Origin: a virus | Length of the DNA: 64,000 nucleotides | IMG/VR virus record: IMGVR_UViG_3300044613_003659 | Span: 1-64,000 of that record | Reading direction: 5' to 3' (one strand) | Part shown: one piece after another, positions 39,470 to 46,615 of the stretch | Numbering within the stretch: position 1 is the first letter of the stretch | Layout: the number at the start of each line of letters is the position of its first letter | Translations under genes and position numbers: made by a program | The notes under the pieces: model-generated | Told to the model about the DNA's origin: nothing | Database searches by the model: none | Seen by the model: the letters and a program-made list of their open reading frames with translations, nothing else

Positions 39470-40116
39470 AAAAAGTTATTTGCAGCCAAAAAACTCTTGA
39501 CTTCTGACACCGGACTCAACCATCTCATTTGAAATACTTCTCTAAAGCCAGCATTTATAACTCCGTGATCAACTGAAGCATCAATTAAGTTTATTGTACC
39601 AGGTATTGATTGATAAGTTTCTTTATGACCTGTTACTTTATCTATGGCATAACTATATGCTTTTGGATCTGTAGAAGTTATGATTAAATTCAAGTTACAA
39701 ATTTTTTTTGATTCATTTTGAAATGGTTGTGCATTCCAAGTATATTCAGGAATTCCGTCATAATGTTTTATTAATTCTCCATAATGTTCAAAAAAACTAA
39801 ATCCTACAAAATTTAACTTTGCTTCTTTACTTTTTGTAGCAAAATTTTTTAACTCTTGAGGTAAAATATATTCTAAAAAAAGCCCTGACCAAACATAAAA
39901 ATCACAAGCGGAAACATATTTTTTTGATTTATCTACAGTCATTGAACCGTACTTACCTATGCTTCCTCTATAGGCTTGATAACCTGGTTCAAATTCTAAC
40001 TTCAATTCGTTGTTATCAATCTTTTCACGTATTCTATAATATATTTTTCTAATTCTGTCAGAATCAATTTTGATTTTTAAATTTTTTACTGGACAGCAGA
40101 GTAGATTTTTGGACAT
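39466..40116 (-). CDS. Hypothetical protein, possible 2OG-Fe(II) oxygenase fold
   Basis: HYD...HGVIN...R pattern. Confidence 0.45.
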   Translation of the reverse strand: MSKNLLCCPVKNLKIKIDSDRIRKIYYRIREKIDNNELKLEFEPGYQAYRGSIGKYGSMTVDKSKKYVSACDFYVWSGLFLEYILPQELKNFATKSKEAKLNFVGFSFFEHYGELIKHYDGIPEYTWNAQPFQNESKKICNLNLIITSTDPKAYSYAIDKVTGHKETYQSIPGTINLIDASVDHGVINAGFREVFQMRWLSPVSEVKSFLAANNFL

Positions 40117-40174
40117 AAAATTCTTTCGTCTATTAAATATTTAATAGACTAATTTCTCAACACAAATATATTTT

Positions 40175-40367
40175 GGATGTAATTGCTTAGGCCACGCTTT
40201 TCCACGGTCGCCCCCAAGCTGAGTTGTTACCCTGTCCGAACACTAAAGGACTTTGCCGCGTAGTGTTCACGCTGCTATGTCGTCTGAGTTGCCCCGCTAA
40301 AGGTGCCATAGCCACCTGGATTTTCTCGTGCACCACACGCCACTTTCAGGAAAGTGGTAACCGGAAA
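40175..40367 (-). ncRNA. Putative structured ncRNA of about 190 nt
   Basis: GC-rich intergenic stretch with several helices (CCACTTT/AAAGTGG, CTATG/CATAG, GAACACTA/TAGTGTTC, GCTTGGG/CCTAAGC). Confidence 0.6.
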
Positions 40368-40452
40368 CCATATTGAAACACACTCATCTCGCACCGTCAT
40401 ATAGGCGATCAACTCTATACGCTTATAGGCATCAAAATGTGCTTCAATATGG
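40368..40452 (-). ncRNA. Long hairpin starting at the CCA of tRNA-Leu(UAG)
   Basis: CCATATTGAAGCACATT...AGTGTGTTTCAATATGG inverted repeat. Confidence 0.6.
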
Positions 40453-40530
40453 TGCCCCAGGAGGGACTCGAACCCTCACCCGAAGACTGGCTTCTAAGAC
40501 CAGCGTGTCTACCAGTTCCACCACCGGGGC
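40450..40530 (-). tRNA. tRNA-Leu(UAG)
   Basis: Loop CTTAGAA; CCA. Confidence 0.92.
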
Positions 40531-40575
40531 ATTTACTGCTTGATTGTTAATGAACGTTTACTGCACTATTTCATT

Positions 40576-40604
40576 ATTATATAAAACTAGTGATTAATTG
40601 TCAA
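40576..40604 (-). promoter_or_regulatory. Sigma70-type promoter inside the tRNA array
   Basis: TTGACA-17-TATAAT. Confidence 0.8.
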
Positions 40605-40629
40605 CCTAAAGTGTCTTATAAATATTGCA

Positions 40630-41691
40630 ATGAATAAAGTGTTTACAATCAAGCCAAATTTATTTCCAAAGAAAAACTTTAAAGATTTGTACTGCCCGGA
40701 TCCATTTGAAACAGTTCAAATTGATCAAGCAGGTAATGTTCGTTTATGTGGATGCGAAAACTGGCATCCTCAGCAAATAGGAAACATATTTCAACAATCA
40801 TTAGTAGAAATTTTTAATAGTAAATTAGCCAATCAAATTAGACAAAGTATACGTGATGGTTCCTATATATATTGCAACGAACAAACGTGTGGAAGCATAA
40901 TTAATCAAACATTAATTCCGTTAAATAAACTTGACCCAGAGCTTCAAAAAAAATTTACTACCTGCGATTACTTTGAAATGCCTTATACTTTTTATATTGC
41001 CGGCGATGATACTTGTAATCTAAGTTGCCCAAGTTGTCGCACAAGAGTAATTGATAAAAATGAATATAACCTCACGCAAAATTCTGCAGCATTAAATATT
41101 TTAAATGAACAAATTTTCAATGGATCAAGCGATAAAAATATTACTATAAAATTAAGCACATCCGGCGAAGTGTTTGCCAGTACTTTGTTAATGGAATTTG
41201 TTTCAAAATTCAACATTCAAAACTATCCTAAAGCAGAATTTTGGTTTCAAAGTAATGGACTTTTGATCAGCAGTAGATGGAACAGAATAGCGCATATCGC
41301 CGATCACATACAAAATTTCACTATTACAGCAGACAGTTGTACCAAAGCCACTTACGAAAAACTTCGAAGAGGTGGTAAGTTTGAAAAATTGCTTGATAAC
41401 TTAAATTTTTTGAAAATTAAAAAACATCAGCATCATTTTCATTTTATGTTACGTATAGTAGTGCAATATGACAACTATAGCGAACTAGAACAGTTTTATA
41501 ATTTTGCCAAATCGTATGATGTTGATTTAGTTGAATATGTTAGAATCACCAATTGGAACACATATTCTCAAGAACAGTTTTCTAGTATCGATGTCCTTGA
41601 TGCCAGACATCCATTATACGATACTGTTTCTAGTAAATTAAAAGTACTGCACCAGCGACCCGATGTAAAAATTTATGGAGCAACTTTGTAA
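40630..41691 (+). CDS. Radical SAM protein with N-terminal SPASM/twitch-like domain
   Basis: CNLSCPSC; N-terminal C..PF...GNVRLC...IGNI; TATAAATA upstream. Confidence 0.88.
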   Translation: MNKVFTIKPNLFPKKNFKDLYCPDPFETVQIDQAGNVRLCGCENWHPQQIGNIFQQSLVEIFNSKLANQIRQSIRDGSYIYCNEQTCGSIINQTLIPLNKLDPELQKKFTTCDYFEMPYTFYIAGDDTCNLSCPSCRTRVIDKNEYNLTQNSAALNILNEQIFNGSSDKNITIKLSTSGEVFASTLLMEFVSKFNIQNYPKAEFWFQSNGLLISSRWNRIAHIADHIQNFTITADSCTKATYEKLRRGGKFEKLLDNLNFLKIKKHQHHFHFMLRIVVQYDNYSELEQFYNFAKSYDVDLVEYVRITNWNTYSQEQFSSIDVLDARHPLYDTVSSKLKVLHQRPDVKIYGATL

Positions 41692-41693
41692 AA

Positions 41694-41769
41694 TGGCAGT
41701 AGAGATCGGATTCGAACCGATGATAGCCACCGTATGAAGATGGTGCATTAGCCACTATGCTACTCTACT
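41694..41769 (-). tRNA. tRNA-Met(CAU), elongator-like
   Basis: Loop TTCATAC; paired 1:72; unusual G73; CCA. Confidence 0.8.
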
Positions 41770-41999
41770 TTGGATTTTACTAATTTGATTATTTTTTCAA
41801 TTGTGATAGCATCAGCAGCTTCGTCGGCTTGGATAGCTATCTTGAACACTCGTTCAATATCCATGGTGATCTCTACGGTGTCAAGCGAGTCGGCACCAAG
41901 ATCAGCAACAATGGCATGCGCCATTGATAACTCTGCTGGATCTACTCCAAACTGATTGGCAATTATTTCAAATATTTTTGATTCTATGTCAGTCAACAT
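41760..41999 (-). CDS. acpP: Acyl carrier protein
   Basis: DLGADSLDTVE phosphopantetheine motif. Confidence 0.92.
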   Translation of the reverse strand: MLTDIESKIFEIIANQFGVDPAELSMAHAIVADLGADSLDTVEITMDIERVFKIAIQADEAADAITIEKIIKLVKSKVE

Positions 42000-42714
42000 A
42001 TTGATACACTAGCCTACTTTGGTTGATTGAATTCATACTAACTACTTCGTTTTCAGTGGTGCCTCTGCGTATGTAAATACCCTCATGTATGAAGCTGTTA
42101 CGTTTAAAAACTGCACCTGGTTTTAGAGCTTTTACAGCCACTCCAAAAAATACATCCGGCTCCACAACGTTGTTGCCGGTCAAAATGCATTGTCTTTGAA
42201 ACACGCAATTTTTACCTACCACATTGTCATGCCCTATTAGCGTATTATAGTATATGCTAACAAAATCGCCAATCTTTGATTTTACCTCTATCATTACATG
42301 TGCATCCAAAAATACTCCGCGCCCAATTTCTGCATACTTGAGCATTCGTGCATCCCTATCAACCAAACTGATACAGTTTAGACTGTTGGATTCAATCAAG
42401 TCAATCAAACGATTTCGCTTTTGTCTGTTGCGTACAGCAACAGGAGATTGTTCCGGTATCCAATTGGTAGCACAGAAAAAATTATAGTTGTTTCTGTAGT
42501 GCGCCAATTTTGCAGTGTCATTGATAAATGATTCTGAATCAATGACAGGAATCTCACACAGTTGATCACAGTTACCGTAGTAATCAGAATCAATTATGCC
42601 AGCAACTGTAATGCCGTGGTCTTCGCAAATGCCGGCCAACTTGTACATTATGCTGTTTGATCCCAGAAATATCAAAGGCCGAGTGGCGTCATTGATGTGC
42701 GAGATATGCGTCAT
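41989..42714 (-). CDS. Hexapeptide-repeat sugar O/N-acetyltransferase (NeuD/PglD-like)
   Basis: Rossmann-like N-terminus then IGRGV/IGDFV/IGHDNVVG hexapeptide repeats; start MTHISH. Confidence 0.75.
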   Translation of the reverse strand: MTHISHINDATRPLIFLGSNSIMYKLAGICEDHGITVAGIIDSDYYGNCDQLCEIPVIDSESFINDTAKLAHYRNNYNFFCATNWIPEQSPVAVRNRQKRNRLIDLIESNSLNCISLVDRDARMLKYAEIGRGVFLDAHVMIEVKSKIGDFVSIYYNTLIGHDNVVGKNCVFQRQCILTGNNVVEPDVFFGVAVKALKPGAVFKRNSFIHEGIYIRRGTTENEVVSMNSINQSRLVYQYVD

Positions 42715-43750
42715 GTTGCTCTTCTTCAAATATCCTACGACGTTCTTGATCAACAAGACTTGCAAATTGATCATGTGTGATTGTTTCACCTTTGAATCTC
42801 AATGTGTTCATTGGCGCTGCATGTTCATACAACTTGTCCCAATAGGTAATTACTCTTGCCATGGTTCTACGGTCACCATCTTTGACATTGGTAGGGCGTT
42901 TGTGCAACGTGATCTCTTGGTCCATGAATACAATTTGCCCATCTTGCCAATGCTGGCTGTAAACCCAACGATTGTTATATACTATTCTTTTTAACTCATC
43001 AAATAGTCTCACACTTTCATCCATACTCATTCCCACAAATCCATCAAAACTGTGTGCAGGAAATTTAATACCCGGTAATCCTGTGACTGACTCGGCATAC
43101 AATCTAGTTTCTGTACCGTCCAGTGGTGCTTGATTGTAGCGTATGACCAAGCTGGGAGTTGGTTCTAGGTCTGGCGCCATACGTCCTTCTACCCAACGGT
43201 GTTTGCAATATAATTCTTTGACTGTGCTTTGCATATCGGCACTCATTGAGTCAAATGCATCATGGGTGCATAAAAATTGTGTACAACTGTTGGCAGTATC
43301 ACTTACGCTTTGCAGACCAATCACTCTTGGACTGTCATCGTATGCACATTGATCACTGTGCCAGTCTAGTTCACCATTTGGAAACAATCCCTTGGGACGA
43401 TTCTTTTCGTCTTTTTTGTATGTGACAGCAGAAACTGCAGAAATCATTTGTTTGTCTACATTTCTGATGTCTTTGGTTGTATATCCTAGGTGTAAATAAA
43501 TTTCTCTCCAATGCCGCCCATTCAAGCGTTCACTTACAATATAATCGTGTATAAGTGCGCGGCTGGGCCTGCCCCACTGAGTCTGTATTTCAAACAGTCT
43601 TTGTGTACTGATCTTTTGATCCACTAGAACAATACACTGGCTAGCAACTAGGCGCCCAAATTCAAGTATTTCCTCATCGGAGTTCAAATCAATATCATAC
43701 ACTTCTACACCTACACTGGCGCTATAATTCTTTAACGCACGAATTTTCAT
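42689..43750 (-). CDS. TauD/TfdA-family Fe(II)/2-oxoglutarate dioxygenase
   Basis: WHSD and W..G..V..D...TLHKR...R motifs. Confidence 0.88.
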   Translation of the reverse strand: MKIRALKNYSASVGVEVYDIDLNSDEEILEFGRLVASQCIVLVDQKISTQRLFEIQTQWGRPSRALIHDYIVSERLNGRHWREIYLHLGYTTKDIRNVDKQMISAVSAVTYKKDEKNRPKGLFPNGELDWHSDQCAYDDSPRVIGLQSVSDTANSCTQFLCTHDAFDSMSADMQSTVKELYCKHRWVEGRMAPDLEPTPSLVIRYNQAPLDGTETRLYAESVTGLPGIKFPAHSFDGFVGMSMDESVRLFDELKRIVYNNRWVYSQHWQDGQIVFMDQEITLHKRPTNVKDGDRRTMARVITYWDKLYEHAAPMNTLRFKGETITHDQFASLVDQERRRIFEEEQHDAYLAHQ

Positions 43751-43927
43751 AACATTATCCTCTTAAAATTTTTTTTGTAGGCTAGCAGCAATCTGCATAC
43801 GGACGGCGTTCTACATGTAACACAGTAGTAAAAGGGTCGTACCCTAAGCGTCATAGTGATACCGACGTCAACTGTTGTTGGCGTTGCAAAATTATTTATA
43901 ATTAATTGTGTGTAATAAAAAAATACT

Positions 43928-44004
43928 TGGTACCCACTCCTGGAATCGAACCAGGGACCCCAACCTTATCAAGATTGTGCTCTAACCGACTGAGCTAAGT
44001 GGGC
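43928..44004 (-). tRNA. tRNA-Ile(GAU)
   Basis: Loop TTGATAA; CCA. Confidence 0.93.
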
Positions 44005-44005
44005 A

Positions 44006-44080
44006 TGGCCGGTCCGGACAGATTCGAACTGCCGACAGCTGGTTTCGAAGACCAGAACTCTTCCGCTGAGCTACGGACCG
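44006..44080 (-). tRNA. tRNA-Arg(UCG)
   Basis: Loop CTTCGAA; CCA. Confidence 0.9.
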
Positions 44081-44110
44081 TTAAATAAAAGTATGCTTGG
44101 TAAATTAATA

Positions 44111-44187
44111 TGTTGGGTCTGGATGGATTTGAACCAACTACCTCCGTGTTGTTTGCACGGTGCTCTACCAGATTGAGCTACAGACCT
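44111..44187 (-). pseudogene. Degenerate tRNA-like gene (nominal anticodon AAC)
   Basis: Good D arm and anticodon stem; loop CAAACAA lacks U33, 1:72 mismatch, ends ACA not CCA. Confidence 0.65.
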
Positions 44188-44264
44188 CCCCGGTCCGGGA
44201 ACTAATTCTCCTGCAACCGGTACAATATTTATAGGACAACAATTTACATAGTTCGAGAACTTAT

Positions 44265-44966
44265 ATGACATTACACATCATTGGACACAGTATGACAATC
44301 GGGCATCATTGTCATGAATCACAGTCAAATCGAAATTTACCTACAACATTCAGTGACATGTTGATAGAAAAATATCGTGATCAATTTGATGTTCAAGTGC
44401 ATTCCTACAGACAATGTTCTGAAGAACGAATTTTACAGATTGTAAGAACAATAAAGTCGCCCATCGATAAAGTGATTATTTTCCATTCCCACCCGTCATT
44501 TGTTTATTTTCCTAGTTTTGATCGAGACATTGGATGCATAGATGATATAGAATATATACAAAGTTTAGATATTGTATGTTACTATAATTACTGTAAACCC
44601 GGAAAACCATTTGACCCTAACGATAAGCTTTCTAGACCCATATCCGGCTCTGAGTTCGTGCAGATATATAAAACAGTTATGAACTACACGGTGTCAGCTG
44701 ATGTTTCACAAAAACGTTTCAATGGAGCAATACTACAAATTGATCAACTGCTAACAGTTAGAAAAATTCCTGTGATACATTGTCCAATGGCCAAAACATT
44801 ACCAGTCTGGTTTAATTTTTCTTCTGGCATTACAGATAACGAGTTGAGTATCATCGACTCGGGTAAACATAATATAGGGTACCAAAGATCTTTAAACGCT
44901 ATTGATAATGAAGGGAATACAATTATCTTTAATAAATTATCAGAATATATTGACAATTTAACTTAA
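44265..44966 (+). CDS. Hypothetical protein (SGNH-like N-terminus)
   Basis: IIGHSMT start; antisense insertion in the tRNA array. Confidence 0.6.
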   Translation: MTLHIIGHSMTIGHHCHESQSNRNLPTTFSDMLIEKYRDQFDVQVHSYRQCSEERILQIVRTIKSPIDKVIIFHSHPSFVYFPSFDRDIGCIDDIEYIQSLDIVCYYNYCKPGKPFDPNDKLSRPISGSEFVQIYKTVMNYTVSADVSQKRFNGAILQIDQLLTVRKIPVIHCPMAKTLPVWFNFSSGITDNELSIIDSGKHNIGYQRSLNAIDNEGNTIIFNKLSEYIDNLT

Positions 44967-45042
44967 TGGTGCCGGCTCCTGGTTACGCTCCAGGCCATTA
45001 TGCTCTTCAGGCATACGCTTCCACTAGGTTAGCTTAGACGGC
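44967..45042 (-). tRNA. tRNA-Phe(GAA) with non-canonical T loop
   Basis: Loop CTGAAGA; T loop AGCGTAA; CCA. Confidence 0.85.
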
Positions 45043-45043
45043 A

Positions 45044-45119
45044 TGGGGTGTCCGACCGGTATCGATCCGGTACTACCAGTTTCACAGACTAGTGTGCAGG
45101 CCACTACACTACGGACACC
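45044..45119 (-). tRNA. tRNA-His(GUG)
   Basis: Loop CTGTGAA; G-1:C73; T loop ATCGATA; CCA. Confidence 0.9.
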
Positions 45120-45121
45120 AC

Positions 45122-45196
45122 TGGTAGGGGATGAGGGATTCGAACCCCCGCATGGCGGAATCAAAATCCGCTGTCTTACCGCTTGACGAATCCCCA
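45122..45196 (-). tRNA. tRNA-Gln(UUG)
   Basis: Loop TTTTGAT; CCA. Confidence 0.92.
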
Positions 45197-45197
45197 A

Positions 45198-45347
45198 TTA
45201 ACTTGGTATGACTTTTGGAATGTAAGGAACATTCCTGGGCCCGTGACGTTGTTCAAACAACATTCTTGCTTCTTGCAAATCTTTTGCGTACACACGATCT
45301 TTTTGATCACCTTGCGGTGTTCTTACTGTAGTTTCATACATTGGCAT
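45198..45347 (-). CDS. Small hypothetical protein
   Basis: MPMYETTVRTPQG... after AAGGAG. Confidence 0.55.
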   Translation of the reverse strand: MPMYETTVRTPQGDQKDRVYAKDLQEARMLFEQRHGPRNVPYIPKVIPS

Positions 45348-45361
45348 TACCGTCTCCTTGT

Positions 45362-45460
45362 ACCATATAGAAACACACTGTGGGATTCGAACCCTCACTC
45401 TCGGCATCAGAGAGCATTACCACCCGTCGTGCCCTTCGGCTCAATGTGTTTTTATATGGT
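45362..45460 (-). ncRNA. Long hairpin from tRNA-Lys CCA enclosing a tRNA-like T arm
   Basis: ACCATATAAAAACACATTG...CAGTGTGTTTCTATATGGT; inner CTCTC/GAGAG hairpin and GGGTTCGAATCCC. Confidence 0.6.
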
Positions 45461-45533
45461 GGGTGCGGTGAGATTCGAACTCACGACTCTCTGATTAAAA
45501 GTCAGATACTCTAACCAACTGAGTTACGCACCC
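45457..45533 (-). tRNA. tRNA-Lys(UUU)
   Basis: Loop CTTTTAA; CCA. Confidence 0.94.
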
Positions 45534-45882
45534 TTACGTTTGGGACCGCCGTCCGTCTTGTCACTGTCCATATGTCTCCTTAAAAATATATTTTACATCT
45601 ATTTTACATTACGGTCAACCATTACTAAAATTACTATTGTAAAAAATAATACTGTCAAAGCCCCATTTTGGTTTCCTCCTAAAAAATTATTTAAATGGAA
45701 TACACCCTGCACTCGCTCTATAGTTTTCAATTTGAATAGTTTTTACTGCCTGATCTCGAGCCCTAATACAAGATTCGTAGTTTGGGAATTTCGCTTGAAT
45801 ACTACCGCTACTGGTTGGCAACTCAGATGTATTACTCCATAATGAAATTACCAGAATCCACATACAGCCTCCTTGTTGTATT

Positions 45883-45977
45883 TGGTAGTAGGCCAGGGAT
45901 TCGAACCCTGTCGTTCCAGCCCATCTAGCCAGTCTCCACGGTTTATAAGTCCGCGCCGCATACCAATGCTGCCTACC
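45883..45977 (-). tRNA. Atypical tRNA with UAU anticodon, long variable arm and 4-nt D loop
   Basis: GGTAGGC/GCCTACT-A-CCA acceptor; GCAT-TGGT-ATGC D arm; loop CTTATAA; CAGGG-TTCGAAT-CCCTG T arm. Confidence 0.75.
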
Positions 45978-45984
45978 ATTTCAG

Positions 45985-46245
45985 CACACTCTGGTTGTCC
46001 AAAAGACCTCCTTCTCATCGTCACGGGACAAGAACGATATTCGTCCAAAGTGTATGATTGAGCAGACTAGTGGCTACGGTGATAGCACGACTGCTGTCCA
46101 AGCAGCTGGGATTACAAGGCCCCCGATACTCTTCTAATCTGTTCAATCATTCCCGTTTTACTAAGCCGTTACCGCCGGCAGGTTCATCAAGGGCTCCGCC
46201 CGTTTAGCAATTTATAGTGCTGCTGCGGCCTCGTTCCGCTTACAC
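45985..46245 (-). ncRNA. Cluster of putative structured ncRNA elements
   Basis: Closing helices ACACTTTGG/CCAGAGTGT (45985-46053) and ATGATTGAACAGATTAG/CTAGTCTGCTCAATCAT (46054-46150), plus GC-rich 46151-46245. Confidence 0.55.
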
Positions 46246-46249
46246 TTTG

Positions 46250-46417
46250 TTATCTATGTCGCTTAGTTAGACGACGTAATTCTTCATTTGTTTCCAATTG
46301 CTCACGCAATCTTTTCATTTTACCTTTAACTAATTGTTCAAGTAACTTATCGTTAAAAACAAAATTACGTTCTTCTAACTTTTTTTGAAACGACAGTATA
46401 TCTTGTTCGTTCGTCAT
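46250..46417 (-). CDS. 55-aa charged helical protein (not in ORF track), first gene after the attenuator
   Basis: MTNEQDILSFQKKLEERNF...RRLTKRHR*; SD AAGGAAG. Confidence 0.6.
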   Translation of the reverse strand: MTNEQDILSFQKKLEERNFVFNDKLLEQLVKGKMKRLREQLETNEELRRLTKRHR

Positions 46418-46429
46418 CGCTTCCTTTAT

Positions 46430-46466
46430 AAAACAAAAACCCCAGGGTTTTGAGTCCTGGGGTTTT
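46430..46466 (-). terminator. Intrinsic terminator (attenuator) upstream of the tRNA array
   Basis: AAAACCCCAGG-9 nt-CCTGGGGTTTT followed by TGTTTT. Confidence 0.85.
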
Positions 46467-46508
46467 ATAGAATTTAATTACAACCTTAGATTCTATGATC
46501 CCCCCAGG
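46456..46508 (-). promoter_or_regulatory. Antiterminator hairpin, mutually exclusive with the terminator
   Basis: CCTGGGG..ATAGAAT in the leader ORF 3' end pairs with ATTCTAT..CCCCAGG, which includes the terminator 5' arm. Confidence 0.75.
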
Positions 46509-46605
46509 CACGATTACTATCACCGCGTGTAATCATAACCCAATAGGCTATTAGCCCAAATTCGGGTTGTGATTTAAATGAGCAATGTAATTGTACTTGG
46601 TTCAT
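46486..46605 (-). CDS. Putative attenuator leader peptide (39 aa, all 20 amino acids)
   Basis: MNQVQLHCSFKSQPEFGLIAYWVMITRGDSNRAWGDHRI*; lies between promoter and terminator, overlapping the antiterminator. Confidence 0.75.
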   Translation of the reverse strand: MNQVQLHCSFKSQPEFGLIAYWVMITRGDSNRAWGDHRI

Positions 46606-46615
46606 AATAGTTTCT

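Noticed and set aside
3567-41691. Assigning a radical SAM gene as pqqE
   Set aside because: None is adjacent to pqqA, no PqqD/RRE partner was seen, and two have the auxiliary cysteine cluster N-terminal rather than C-terminal.
33498-46061. Short ORFs over tRNA genes (33498..33698, 34514..34708, 38553..38816, 44071..44271, 45848..46048, 45873..46061)
   Set aside because: They read through tRNA sequence and lack ribosome-binding sites.
45985-46150. Hammerhead or twister ribozyme
   Set aside because: Only fragments of the cores (GATGAG, TTACAAG); complete conserved cores could not be assembled by eye.
46151-46245. RNase P RNA (because of CGGCTTA)
   Set aside because: No GAGGAAAGTCC partner strand and too short.
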